DNA of 61,584 nt, the filler included. It is 4 parts of 4 records of this genome, joined end to end, with 100 filler letters (N's around TTAATTAATTAA, not from the genome) between each part and the next. Parts side by side here need not be neighbours in the genome. Positions count along the whole stretch, not along the records: positions 1 to 31,064 come from SRR31156797_6986; 3 more parts are not named here. The stretch is one strand, 5' to 3'. The notes under the pieces were generated by a model. It saw only the letters and a list, made by a program, of their open reading frames with translations. It made no database searches and was not told the origin of the DNA. This document shows positions 10,739 through 20,683 of this stretch, one piece after another. The translations under genes and the position numbers were made by a program. Within the stretch, counting starts at the first letter, position 1; each line of letters begins with the position of its first letter.

Positions 10739-11428
10739 TCAGAGGGGCAGGCGAGTGCCAATATTCTTGGCTGCCTCTCCAATGACCGTCTGTAGAGTGA
10801 TAACGTTTTCCGAAATCATCTCTTCTGACCAGTTCAGCTCCTGGAGGGCCTCCCAGGCTATCTCCCCGCTTTCAGCATCCCATATCTGAAAAAAGAGCCT
10901 GAGGGTCGCTTTTCTGGTCTCGACAAGCCGTAGTCCAAAGACTCCCAACCTGCCGCTGGCCCCCTGTTTAAACCCTGCAAGTTTGAGTTGAGCCAGATAC
11001 CTTGTTTGGGTTGCATGGGAGATCTTACGCAGTATTTCAGGTTTGAAGACACCCGTATCCTTATATTCCCTGTACATGTACTCATACTCACCGGCAAGAC
11101 CCGCCTTGTTGATGGCACTGAGGGTTTCCGGTAGTGAGAGTATTTTCAAGTCACTTCTTTCTTTCTCAAGGGTGTTAAAAAAGATAAAGGCAACAGCCTG
11201 TTTTTCTTCCTCCTGGCCGGTAACGGTGGATGGGGTCATAAAGGCAATGCCGTTTTCTTTCAGGAGTTCTGCTGATAAGCTGAGCTGCTTGTGATCGATT
11301 TTGGAGTATACTTGCGGGGAACACCCGATAAGAAAGACGGGGAAGAGTAAAAGCAGTAACAGAATAAGGGATGATTTTCGATATTTCAATATCTGGGTAT
11401 AAAAACATATCAGCAGTGAATTTATCAT
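10739..11428 (-). CDS. Putative lipoprotein
   Basis: Basic residues, hydrophobic stretch and LIGC lipobox; true start probably downstream of 11428. Confidence 0.7.
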   Translation of the reverse strand: MINSLLICFYTQILKYRKSSLILLLLLLFPVFLIGCSPQVYSKIDHKQLSLSAELLKENGIAFMTPSTVTGQEEEKQAVAFIFFNTLEKERSDLKILSLPETLSAINKAGLAGEYEYMYREYKDTGVFKPEILRKISHATQTRYLAQLKLAGFKQGASGRLGVFGLRLVETRKATLRLFFQIWDAESGEIAWEALQELNWSEEMISENVITLQTVIGEAAKNIGTRLPL

Positions 11429-11631
11429 AAAGCCTCCCTGGAAAATGCTTGGTGAGAAACCGAAGGTGCCCCTGTGGATGAAGAAAGAGTATCGTCCACT
11501 GTTAATAAAACCTTCTTTATTTATCTATTCGAATTTTAAAGACTTTTGTCAAGTGCGAAATGTTTTGTTTCATGCTTTCTCTGGATTGTAATGGGGGGAA
11601 TTAGACCGACTTTCAGCTGGTTGTATGTGAG

Positions 11632-13524
11632 TCAGGCATACCGTGCCAATGGTGTTCGTTGGTCCTGAAAAGTGTGTTTTTGCACATTATCGGAAAACAT
11701 TACTGTACAGCCTTGGTTGTCGATTGGTATTCTTTCACCTGTTTGTCTGAATGAGGCAAGTTTTTCAGTTGTATCCTCAAGTAACGATGCAAGAGTGATG
11801 GAGAGGTGATCAGAGGATGTGTGAGTGTCTTCAGAGAGTTGAAGAATCGTTTTGGCAGCAGTATTTATCTGCTGGATATTGGAGCTGACCTGGCAGCTAT
11901 TTTCTGAAGCCTGGGAGGTCAGGGTGACAATCTTCTTGATATGATGCTGTTGCTCCAAAGCCGTACTCTCTATGGAGTTGGTTACGTGGTGGAGTTGTTC
12001 TGCGTGAGTGTTCATGGTATCGAAAAAATCTATGAAGGTTTGGCAGTAGCCGTTAATTGCTTCTACCTTGCTCATGATTTCTGTTGCTGACAGTGCTGTT
12101 TCCATTGATAATCCCTTTACTTCCTGGGCGACAACTCCAAATCCTTTGCCTTGGTCACCAGCCTTAACTGCTTCAATGGTGGCATTAAGGGCAAGAATCT
12201 TGGTTTGATCAGTTATCCTGTAAACTGTGTTGATAATCGAATCAATCTCGGTAACTGCATTCTTTAGGTCTCCAAGCTGCACATGGGCACTACCTATGCC
12301 CTTCACAATATGGTCCATAACTTGAACCTGGCTTGTCATCTGCTCGTTGATGCTATGGGTTGTTCTGCTGAGTAGGTCTGAAACCTGTGTAACTTTTTTG
12401 GTGTGCAGTGCTGTATTGTTTGCAATGTCTGTGGCTTCTTCGGTCTGGTGTTTAGTTGTTTCTGCCAGATCTTCGAGTGATAAAGACATTTCAGTCAATT
12501 TCCTGGCTCGGTTATCGAGATCATTGATACTCGCGGTTAGGGTATGGACAAGGTTATTAATAATCAGTTGTTCTTCCTGTTGGTTATGATCTCTTTCCTG
12601 CAGCTCCAGCAGAGCTTTACGAAAAGAGACAATAGCTTTGCTGAGGATGCCTATTTGGTCTTTTCTGTTTTGCATCGGTATTTCCGGAAAATGTCCCTGG
12701 CCAAGGTCGGCGATAACCGATGTCAGACGACGCAGAGGTTTTTCTACCACTATCCTTGTGAGGAGAAAGAGGACGATCATGTTGCCTAGGATCACTATTC
12801 CAGCAATAGATATATTCATCCATTGCTGTTTCTTCTTCCTGCTTTCAAGTTGTTTGTCCATAGCTTGAATGTGGTCAATGTGGTTAAGGATTTCGTTGCG
12901 TGTTTTTTCTGCTGCAATACCTTTATCTGCAACCAACTGCTTGAGTGTGGCTAATTTGACTTCAAGGTTTGCTGACTGGTCTTGACTGGCATAGGCTGTA
13001 TGGATGTATTTGTCCAAAAGGATTTGCTCTTGTACAGCATTGGAACTTTGAAGATGTAGTTGCACGACCTTGGCTAGAAAAATGCCTTGGTCGTCAAAAA
13101 GACCATAGGTGAGAAGCAGCCGCCCCTCGTGGCTGGTGGCTACGATCTTATTTTTTGCGATATCCCTTTTTTGAGTGCGTTTAAATAGTGGGCCGTAAGT
13201 TTTTCTACCTTCCAGTGTCCACTTATCAACTACTGGGTGCTGGGCGGTAATATGATCAATAATTTCTTTGTTAGGATTTGAATCAAACAGGTCTGGCAAG
13301 CGGTTGAAATCATTTTGCAGGTTAACGATCATCTCCCGAAGATGAGTCGCCATATCTTTACGGAGTGTTGTGCTTTGCTCCACCATGTGGCTTATTTTGA
13401 TATCTGCCTGATGATTGCTGTAGAGCAGGAGCCCCATGAAACAGTTTGATACAAACGCAACCCCTATAAGGATTTTCATTCCAAGGGTCATTTTTAATTT
13501 TGAGCGTATATTTTTCATTAGCAT
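11632..13524 (-). CDS. Methyl-accepting chemotaxis protein
   Basis: Two TM segments flanking a periplasmic region, HAMP (RKDQIGILS), signalling tip QTKILALNATIEAVKAGDQGKGFGVVAQEVK. Confidence 0.92.
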   Translation of the reverse strand: MLMKNIRSKLKMTLGMKILIGVAFVSNCFMGLLLYSNHQADIKISHMVEQSTTLRKDMATHLREMIVNLQNDFNRLPDLFDSNPNKEIIDHITAQHPVVDKWTLEGRKTYGPLFKRTQKRDIAKNKIVATSHEGRLLLTYGLFDDQGIFLAKVVQLHLQSSNAVQEQILLDKYIHTAYASQDQSANLEVKLATLKQLVADKGIAAEKTRNEILNHIDHIQAMDKQLESRKKKQQWMNISIAGIVILGNMIVLFLLTRIVVEKPLRRLTSVIADLGQGHFPEIPMQNRKDQIGILSKAIVSFRKALLELQERDHNQQEEQLIINNLVHTLTASINDLDNRARKLTEMSLSLEDLAETTKHQTEEATDIANNTALHTKKVTQVSDLLSRTTHSINEQMTSQVQVMDHIVKGIGSAHVQLGDLKNAVTEIDSIINTVYRITDQTKILALNATIEAVKAGDQGKGFGVVAQEVKGLSMETALSATEIMSKVEAINGYCQTFIDFFDTMNTHAEQLHHVTNSIESTALEQQHHIKKIVTLTSQASENSCQVSSNIQQINTAAKTILQLSEDTHTSSDHLSITLASLLEDTTEKLASFRQTGERIPIDNQGCTVMFSDNVQKHTFQDQRTPLARYA

Positions 13525-13560
13525 TTGATGTTGGGGAAAAAGGAGACCAGGGAAGGGACG

Positions 13561-15336
13561 TTACTGGACGGGGGCTGGCATAACCATCTGGGGCGAAGGC
13601 AGGCCGATGTTTAACTGATGTATGTAGAGTGAACTGCCTATCATCTGTTTTGCTTTCTTTTTGGCAATGGCTGCTTCTTTTGAAAGATCTATGTGGCAGT
13701 GATTGTTTGAAGAGGGAACACGCACCGCGCCCACAGAAAGAGACATCCTCTCGTAATTTCTTGTATTCCCGTTACGGTCTTTTGTTCGGATATTGCACCC
13801 TATATTGCCGTTATAAAATCCCGAGATACTCTCATCAAATTGGTCGAGGATGCGTTTGATCACCTCCTGCCAGTTGCTGGTTTCAAAGATGCAGACAAAA
13901 TCATCGCCGCCAATATGGCCGATGAAATTTAGTTGGTCGTCAATATTTACCACCAGTAACTCGGACAGAAATCGGAGGACTTTGTCGCCTCGGGTAAATC
14001 CGAACACATCATTAAACGGTTTAAAGTTATCGAGGTCAAAATAGCAGACGACAAAAGGACTATTTTTTCTGAAGAGTTTTTGCAGTTGCTGCTGAATCGG
14101 AACATTACCCGGTAACAGAGTCAGGGGGTTGGCATGCCTTGCCCTGTTTACCTGTAGTTTGGTGATCTCATGGAGGAGGTCGATGAGGCGTCCGGTCCCT
14201 TCCAGTTTGCAGTTGTTAAGAATGATGAATTCTTCCCGATGAAGATCCAGGCCCGTAGTGAGGCGGTAACTTACATCTTCCAGAGGTAGATATTTCTCAA
14301 CCTGGAGAACATTGCGATTGATAAAACGCATGATTTGCTGTCTGCCGTAAAGATCCTTTCCGTACAAACTGGCATACATGTTCATAAACTCTTTGCGCAG
14401 AACCATGCCGAGTACCTCTGTTTCTTGGAGAATGACCAATGATTCCAACTCTGGCATGGAAGTGAACAACTCGCCGATATGGTTGACGCTGGTGTTTGCC
14501 TGCGCCGAAACTGCCGGTCGTTTGATATGCTCCGCGGTCAACAGTTCAAAGGTACCTCCACCGCGAGGTTCTTTTCGAAATTTACTTTGTGAAATTGTTG
14601 TGGGGGGGATACTCGCCGGTCTGCAGAAATAGTATCCCTGGATCATTTCGATGCCTATTTTCCGCAGGGTGGCATATTCTTTTTCTGTTTCCACCCCTTC
14701 GGTTATGACTCTTGATCCGAGGGCCGTAGCAGTTTTTAAAATCGCGTTGACAAAGTGTTGCTTGGTACAATCCTCGTCAATGCCCTGGATAAAATGACCG
14801 TCAATTTTTACTATATCTGGACGTATTTCCGACCATAGCTTTAGCCCCGAGTACCCTGCTCCCAAGTCATCGAGCGCTACCCTGAAACCCATTTGTCGGT
14901 AGTGGTTCATTGCCTGTTGCATGAGCTCTATGTCTTCAATAGGATTGGTTTCCGTCAGCTCTATAATAATCCGTCCCGGATCTATACCTGCCTGCTGGAG
15001 AAACTGCAGGGTTATACCTTCTCGAAACCGTTCATGGAGCATGGTTATAGGGTCGACGTTGACAAATAATCTTCCGGGAAGAGAGAGTTTCGCAAATCGG
15101 CAGATTACTTTTTTCCGGCAAAGTATATCGAGTTCCGCCAGCCTGTTAGATCTTGTAGCCGCTTGAAAGAGGCGGGTAGGAGAATGCAGAACGGTGTTGA
15201 CTGGGCCGCGAATGAGTCCTTCATAGCCGTATATTTGTTGGGTCTGCAGATGTACTATCGGTTGAAAATGGACAGAAAGCTCCTCCTCCTCAATGATTTT
15301 AACTAGCAAGGTATCGATGTTGTTTTCCATATGCAT
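13561..15336 (-). CDS. EAL-CBS-GGDEF c-di-GMP turnover protein
   Basis: FQPIV, EGL, ELTE, DDLGAGYS, EGVE, QGYY (EAL); CBS-like middle; DLDNFK...GHIGGDDF (GGDEF). Start placed at ATG 15336 after AAGGA. Confidence 0.9.
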   Translation of the reverse strand: MHMENNIDTLLVKIIEEEELSVHFQPIVHLQTQQIYGYEGLIRGPVNTVLHSPTRLFQAATRSNRLAELDILCRKKVICRFAKLSLPGRLFVNVDPITMLHERFREGITLQFLQQAGIDPGRIIIELTETNPIEDIELMQQAMNHYRQMGFRVALDDLGAGYSGLKLWSEIRPDIVKIDGHFIQGIDEDCTKQHFVNAILKTATALGSRVITEGVETEKEYATLRKIGIEMIQGYYFCRPASIPPTTISQSKFRKEPRGGGTFELLTAEHIKRPAVSAQANTSVNHIGELFTSMPELESLVILQETEVLGMVLRKEFMNMYASLYGKDLYGRQQIMRFINRNVLQVEKYLPLEDVSYRLTTGLDLHREEFIILNNCKLEGTGRLIDLLHEITKLQVNRARHANPLTLLPGNVPIQQQLQKLFRKNSPFVVCYFDLDNFKPFNDVFGFTRGDKVLRFLSELLVVNIDDQLNFIGHIGGDDFVCIFETSNWQEVIKRILDQFDESISGFYNGNIGCNIRTKDRNGNTRNYERMSLSVGAVRVPSSNNHCHIDLSKEAAIAKKKAKQMIGSSLYIHQLNIGLPSPQMVMPAPVQ

Positions 15337-15393
15337 AATTTCCTTTGCTTCCTTAAAAGCCTTGTGCTGTAAGTACTTTTTGTACATGACGAA

Positions 15394-15432
15394 TGTTAGT
15401 GGACGGTGAGGAAACGGTTAGGTGTTTGCTAG
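15394..15432 (-). promoter_or_regulatory. PhoB/OmpR-type direct-repeat box (four half-sites, 11-bp period)
   Basis: Plus strand TGTTAG (15394), GGTGAG (15405), GGTTAG (15416), TGCTAG (15427), just upstream of the EAL gene. Confidence 0.55.
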
Positions 15433-15535
15433 CCATTTCATGGGCAGGGCAGAAGCAGGGGGAAAAAGAGGAGTGCCTGAAGGGAATAGAGATATCGTTA
15501 CTTTTCAGGTCAATGCACGGGACCGTGCAGAGAGT

Positions 15536-15569
15536 GCTTTCTCTCCCTTAAAGGTAGGGGAGAGAAAGC
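15536..15569. terminator. Stem-loop downstream of the 15624-16412 gene
   Basis: 15-bp stem GCTTTCTCTCCCTTA/TAGGGGAGAGAAAGC with a 4-nt loop; no clear U-tract. Confidence 0.5.
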
Positions 15570-15623
15570 TGGAGGGGTTTGAGTGGTTTTTAATGGGTCA
15601 AGGTGAGAAAAAAGATATAATAA

Positions 15624-16412
15624 TTAGTAGGCAAATGCCCGGTATCCATCACGGGAACCAAGCCAGCGTTCACGAAAGGAAAGGGGGTGGTACCGTTTTC
15701 TTCGTTTGTTTTTAGGGAGCCGGTTCATTTCCAGTTCCGTTACCTGCCCATACTCAAAAGGAAGACTTTTGGTGTTACCTATTGCAATGGATGTCAGTGG
15801 CGTGTCTTTACTGGTCAGGATGGAGAGTGGGGAATAAGCAGATGTCCTGGAATTTAATGGATGAGCAGTGAGCCCTTTGCTATCAAACACTTTCTTTACC
15901 ATCTTTCCACCGAGAAGACAGTTGAGATTGCTGTTGATAATGAGCGCACCGTATTGCTGGTTGAGTAATGGGTGGTTAAGGAGCTGTAGTAGTTGTTTTT
16001 TAGGGCTGGCATCGGTGAACCGCACATTGATCACCAGGACGGAATTGCTATTAACTCTAATGACCCCGAACTGAATCTGCCGGTGCACATTATTGATTTC
16101 AGACAGCGAAAAACTGCCGCTGTTAAGCATCCAACAATCTTTACCGGTAAGAATGGAAAAGCCTGTTTGAGCCTTTTTTTTATGTTTACGAAATGTCGCT
16201 TCATAGTCTTGACATGAGTTTGAGTACATATACGTCATTTCGAGTGACTGGGCAAGATCGCGAGCCAGACCATGGGTATCGACTCCAGGAATGCATGCTG
16301 TCTGGTTAAACAGAATATCTAGCGCTTGATCTTGCATGGCTGATACCAGCTCGGAATAGGTTGTGTTGGTGTCGATTGACTGGAGTTCGTTGACTGTCGC
16401 AATACGTAACAT
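15624..16412 (-). CDS. Hypothetical protein, possibly a degenerate endonuclease/exonuclease/phosphatase fold
   Basis: Starts MLRIATVN, resembling the EEP family LRIxTxN; catalytic motifs not evident. Confidence 0.55.
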   Translation of the reverse strand: MLRIATVNELQSIDTNTTYSELVSAMQDQALDILFNQTACIPGVDTHGLARDLAQSLEMTYMYSNSCQDYEATFRKHKKKAQTGFSILTGKDCWMLNSGSFSLSEINNVHRQIQFGVIRVNSNSVLVINVRFTDASPKKQLLQLLNHPLLNQQYGALIINSNLNCLLGGKMVKKVFDSKGLTAHPLNSRTSAYSPLSILTSKDTPLTSIAIGNTKSLPFEYGQVTELEMNRLPKNKRRKRYHPLSFRERWLGSRDGYRAFAY

Positions 16413-16438
16413 TTTTTTCTCCCTTAAACGGGTGCAGT

Positions 16439-17317
16439 TTAGGCTGCTGGCCGCATTTGTTGCTCTTTGAAGAGATGCATATGGGGTTGGTTTTTCACGG
16501 TTTGTTGTAGTTTTTTGCCTTGGATAAATAAATCCTGAACTCTGCTTCCCTGCCAGCTGGGGTGGGGGGAAACGTTAAGGATGTGGGCTAGTGTAGGGGC
16601 CACATCGATAAAAGAAATATTGCGTTGGATAACTGTGTTCTGGGCGATACTCTGACCGGAAATAATCCAGGGAAGAAAAAGAGGCGTGCTGTTTGTATGA
16701 CCGATGGTCCATGATCCACCGTAGCTGGAAGTGATCATGATGGTGTATTCATTCTCCAGCCCCACCATACGCAGTTGCTCTGTAAGTATGCCAATCGCTT
16801 GGTCTGCTTGTTCAATTGTTTCCAGATATGGCTCTGAAAGATAACCAAAATGAGTGCCGGCAATATCTGTACCCTGCAGAGCAAGGCAACATACGTCGGG
16901 TTGCTCTCGCAGGATGTGAGAGGCTGCCATCTCGGCAAGTTGGCTGTCCATGTTTTTTATCCCCTGGGAGTTGATAAACACGCCGGTACCCAGTTCCCCT
17001 TGGGGCAGAAGGTGCTGCAGATGTTCTCGACTGTAGAAAAAAGACGTGGTGAGATGATGATATGGTAACAGTGTAAAAAGGGAGTTGGCGTGGCGGGTAT
17101 CAATGAGGCCGCTGTTGTTGTCCATTACACCATGTTCGTGCGGCGGAATCGAGGAAAAGAGCGTTGACACGCCGGGCAGGGGCAGGTTTGGACCATCATG
17201 GTATAGGTTATTAACTGTAGTTCCTGACGCCATCAAGTTTTTGAGGCAGCGCACATGGGCACATTTAAGCGCTTCCATCTGCAGTCCGTCTATCAGAATA
17301 CATAAGAGTTTTGTCAC
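16439..17317 (-). CDS. Alkaline phosphatase superfamily (phosphodiesterase/NPP-like) protein, possibly degenerate
   Basis: ILIDGL, PHEHGV, DIAGTHFG, ITSSYGG (usually TSDHGG), DVAPTLA. Confidence 0.8.
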   Translation of the reverse strand: MTKLLCILIDGLQMEALKCAHVRCLKNLMASGTTVNNLYHDGPNLPLPGVSTLFSSIPPHEHGVMDNNSGLIDTRHANSLFTLLPYHHLTTSFFYSREHLQHLLPQGELGTGVFINSQGIKNMDSQLAEMAASHILREQPDVCCLALQGTDIAGTHFGYLSEPYLETIEQADQAIGILTEQLRMVGLENEYTIMITSSYGGSWTIGHTNSTPLFLPWIISGQSIAQNTVIQRNISFIDVAPTLAHILNVSPHPSWQGSRVQDLFIQGKKLQQTVKNQPHMHLFKEQQMRPAA

Positions 17318-17424
17318 AATCTCACTCCGTGCAGGAAGCGGTGGCAGATCCTGTGGGCTCGGTCACCAGTATTGACGGTTATTTATTAACCAACCTTATT
17401 TCTGGCATTATGATTACCACTGAC

Positions 17425-17453
17425 TTGTTATGATGCTGTTAACTCACTGTTAT
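17425..17453. promoter_or_regulatory. Pho-box-like direct repeats (11-bp period)
   Basis: TTGTTAT (17425), CTGTTAA (17436), CTGTTAT (17447); resembles CTGTCAT-N4 repeats and lies upstream of the phosphatase-family gene. Confidence 0.55.
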
Positions 17454-17667
17454 AAAATGATCATTATGTGGAGGAGAAACTGTGGCCGGGAATGTATAGT
17501 AGATAGCTTCATAACCACTAAAAGGACGGTGAGGGGAATGGCTAAGGGGGGGGCACTTGATGATCCATAGTGCCAATTTAATTGTTTAGTAGGGGGGAAA
17601 TGAGATATAAGAAACTACATTCTAGCTTTTCATATTGTTAGACTCTCATCGTTATTTAGGAGAAATA

Positions 17668-19236
17668 ATGGCCGGCAGACCATCTTGTGAAGAATTGGAA
17701 CAAACAATTAAGGCGAATGAAAAAAGGGAGCAAGAGCTGCAGCGAAGCGAAGCACTCTTGAACGCTACTCAGAGAATAGCCAAAGTTGGCGGCTGGGAGT
17801 GGAATGTGGAAAGCCAAACCATGTTTTGGACAAGTGAGCTTTATCGTCTCCATGATTTTAACCAAGATGAGTTTAAGCCTGGGTCGATGAAACATATCGA
17901 GCAAAGCATTGAATGTTATGAACTTGAAGATCGTATGGTTATTCAGGAGGCCTTTAAAAACTGCATTGAGAATGGGGCCGGATATGATTTAGAATTTCCT
18001 TTTCACACTAAAAGAGCTCAACCTAGGTGGATTCGCACGATAGCTGAGCCAATTCGAAAAAATGGTACAGTTATTAAAGTTATCGGCAATGTCATAGATA
18101 TAACTGATCACAAGCAAGCTGAAGAAAAATTGAGGAAGAGTGAATTAAGACTTAGAAAAGCCGAAGAGATGGCTCAAATAGGGCACTATGTCGTTGACAT
18201 AAGCAAAAACAGCTGGAAAATCTCAAGCAAATTAAATGATATTTTTGGAATAGATGAAAATTATATTATTAACTTCGCCAGTTGGATGCAAATAATTCAT
18301 CCAGATCATCGGGGAATTGTGTCGAATTATTTGCGGGAAAATATTTTGAAAAAACACCAATCTTTTGATTTTGAATACAAAGTAATAAATCAAAGAACTG
18401 GGCATGAAAAATGGGTGCACGTGTTAGGTGATCTCAAATTAGATAATAACAGTAACCCTGTTGAAATATTCGGTACAATTCAAGATATTACCGAGCGAAA
18501 AAAAATAGAAAATGAACTGATTAAGTTAAAAAAACTTGAGGCGACTGCAACTCTTGCCAGTGGAATAGCTCATGATTTTAATAATATTTTGACGGTTATA
18601 ACCGGTTATATCGAATTAACTCTGCATGATCGCAGTGTGAATCACAGAAGTACTGAAGACCTGAGTGAGGCTCTTAACGCCAGCAGAAAGGCTCAGGAAC
18701 TGACCAGGGAATTTATCACTTTTTCTTCAGGGGGCGCCCTTGTTAAACGAAAAATATCAATTAAAGAACTCATAACAGAATCTGTTGATGTAGTCTTTCC
18801 TGATACTGATAATCCTGCCGAACTTTCATTTGAAGACAACTTGTGGCAGGTCGAGGCGGATGCTGGGCAGATAAACCAGGTTTTCAAGAACGTGTTTAGC
18901 AATGCAAAGGAATCAACGGAAAAAGGTGGCGTAATCAAGGTTTATGCAGAAAACATTGCATCTTGCATAAATGAGCCTCTTGCAGGTAAGACTTTAACCG
19001 ACAGTAAGTATGTTAAAATAGTTATATCAGATCAAGGTAAAGGTATACCGGATCAAATTATGCGAAACATTTTTGATCCTTATTTTTCAACTAAAAAGCG
19101 AGGGGCTCAAAAAGGAATGGGGCTTGGTCTCACTGTTGCATTGTCTATTGTGAAACAGCATGGCGGTCATCTCGTCCTCAAGTCGAAAGACAATGTTGGC
19201 ACATCTGTTTTTATCTATCTGCCAGCCACACCATAA
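17668..19236 (+). CDS. PAS-PAS sensor histidine kinase (cytoplasmic)
   Basis: Two PAS/PAC repeats, AHDFNNIL H-box, NAKES, DQGKGI, FDPYFSTK, GMGLGL; no receiver domain. ATG 17668 after AGGAG. Confidence 0.92.
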   Translation: MAGRPSCEELEQTIKANEKREQELQRSEALLNATQRIAKVGGWEWNVESQTMFWTSELYRLHDFNQDEFKPGSMKHIEQSIECYELEDRMVIQEAFKNCIENGAGYDLEFPFHTKRAQPRWIRTIAEPIRKNGTVIKVIGNVIDITDHKQAEEKLRKSELRLRKAEEMAQIGHYVVDISKNSWKISSKLNDIFGIDENYIINFASWMQIIHPDHRGIVSNYLRENILKKHQSFDFEYKVINQRTGHEKWVHVLGDLKLDNNSNPVEIFGTIQDITERKKIENELIKLKKLEATATLASGIAHDFNNILTVITGYIELTLHDRSVNHRSTEDLSEALNASRKAQELTREFITFSSGGALVKRKISIKELITESVDVVFPDTDNPAELSFEDNLWQVEADAGQINQVFKNVFSNAKESTEKGGVIKVYAENIASCINEPLAGKTLTDSKYVKIVISDQGKGIPDQIMRNIFDPYFSTKKRGAQKGMGLGLTVALSIVKQHGGHLVLKSKDNVGTSVFIYLPATP

Positions 19237-19506
19237 AAAGTATATTTGTATCAGCTCAGACTTTATCTGACCCTTCTAGGGAGATGAACAGAAATTGTTT
19301 TGTGAGGCTAGCTATGTTGCGTCTTCTCTTCCTTCCTTGCAAAAGGCTGACGGGAAGGGAGGAAAGAGGCGAATAAGTTATGTTGCCTGCAAAAGAAGAA
19401 TTGTTCTCAAGAATTGAGGTGCATGATAAAATAAATGCTTTTTCGAAAAGGATTTTTTTTTCAAGTTGATAGATTGGCTGGCAACACAGCAGGAATAGGA
19501 TTGAAC

Positions 19507-19558
19507 TGGAGCGTTAATTGAATACTACTACCTACGAACTGGCAACATTAACGCTCCA
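19507..19558. other. 12-bp inverted repeat just downstream of the KamA-family gene
   Basis: TGGAGCGTTAAT (19507-19518) / ATTAACGCTCCA (19547-19558); possible 3' stabilising or terminating hairpin. Confidence 0.45.
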
Positions 19559-19575
19559 CCCCATTCTATAGCTTT

Positions 19576-20649
19576 TTATTCCGGCATGTTTGGCCATTTT
19601 GTTGTGACACCTTTATAATTCTCAAGGGTGTACTCTTTCTCATCTTTTCCTTTGATATAATAATCAGGCATCAACGGAATTTTACCGATACTTGTAGCAA
19701 TCACATACATAGGTTGAGCGAGACCTGTTGTATGGCCACGGATGGCATCCCGGATGAGTTCTGCCCCTTTTTCAACAGTTGTCCTGAAATGATCGATTCC
19801 AGGCGCTGGTTCACAGTAAAACAAATAGTAGGGACGAATTCTTACCCGGAGTAATTTCTGATGCAGTTCCCTGAATGTCTCAACATCATCATTTATTCCT
19901 TTGAGCAGTACGGCCTGATTACCAACATTAACACCACAGGTGAGCAGATCAAACACAGCTTCAGCTGTCTTTTCTGTAATTTCATTGGGATGGTTGCACT
20001 GGGTGTTAATCCAGATTGGGATTTTGTGGTATGGGCTCAATATTTTTTTTAGGCCAGGGGTAATCCTGTGGGGTAAGACGATGGGAGCCCGGGTTCCAAA
20101 TCGAATCATTTGGAGATGAGGAATTTCCCGTAATTTTTTAATAATATATTCTAGTTTTTGATCTGAAAGAATGAACGGGTCTCCGCCGGTCACCAAGACA
20201 TCCCGAATTTCTTTATGCTCCCTGATCCATTCTAAGCCTTCGTCTACATCCATACGGAGCTGGAGCTCTCTGTCGACCACAACCTCTTTTCTGAAACAGT
20301 GGCGGCAGTAGTTGACACAGACATCTGTCACCGTAAAGGCAACCCTGTCTTGGTATTGCCGTGCTATGCTATCGGGTCGAACTTCATCTGTATCTCTATT
20401 TTCTTTCCATATGAGATAATTTTTTATCCCGTAATTATTAACAGTTTCCTCTAGGGAGGGAAGTACTTGTCTGCGAATAGGGCATTTGGGGTCATCCTTG
20501 TCCATAAGAGAGGCAAAATATGGAGAGGTACCCCATTTTGTATCCAACGTCTCAATGGCTTGCCGTTCTTCGGGGGTGATATTAATAAACTCTGCTAACC
20601 GTTCCAGTGTATTGACATTGTTTTGGAGTTGTTTAATCCATTCTTCCAT
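19576..20649 (-). CDS. KamA-family radical SAM/PLP 2,3-aminomutase of unknown substrate
   Basis: CVNYCRHCFR cluster motif, TGGDP, NHPNE, NQAVLLKGIND, PYY, GKIP PLP lysine. Confidence 0.92.
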   Translation of the reverse strand: MEEWIKQLQNNVNTLERLAEFINITPEERQAIETLDTKWGTSPYFASLMDKDDPKCPIRRQVLPSLEETVNNYGIKNYLIWKENRDTDEVRPDSIARQYQDRVAFTVTDVCVNYCRHCFRKEVVVDRELQLRMDVDEGLEWIREHKEIRDVLVTGGDPFILSDQKLEYIIKKLREIPHLQMIRFGTRAPIVLPHRITPGLKKILSPYHKIPIWINTQCNHPNEITEKTAEAVFDLLTCGVNVGNQAVLLKGINDDVETFRELHQKLLRVRIRPYYLFYCEPAPGIDHFRTTVEKGAELIRDAIRGHTTGLAQPMYVIATSIGKIPLMPDYYIKGKDEKEYTLENYKGVTTKWPNMPE

Positions 20650-20683
20650 TTAGCTTTACCTCTATTGATTGATGTTGTGAATC

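Noticed and set aside
19576-20649. Calling the aminomutase kamA, ablA or epmB
   Set aside because: The lysine-binding aspartates and zinc site are altered, and no ablB, efp or epmA gene is adjacent.
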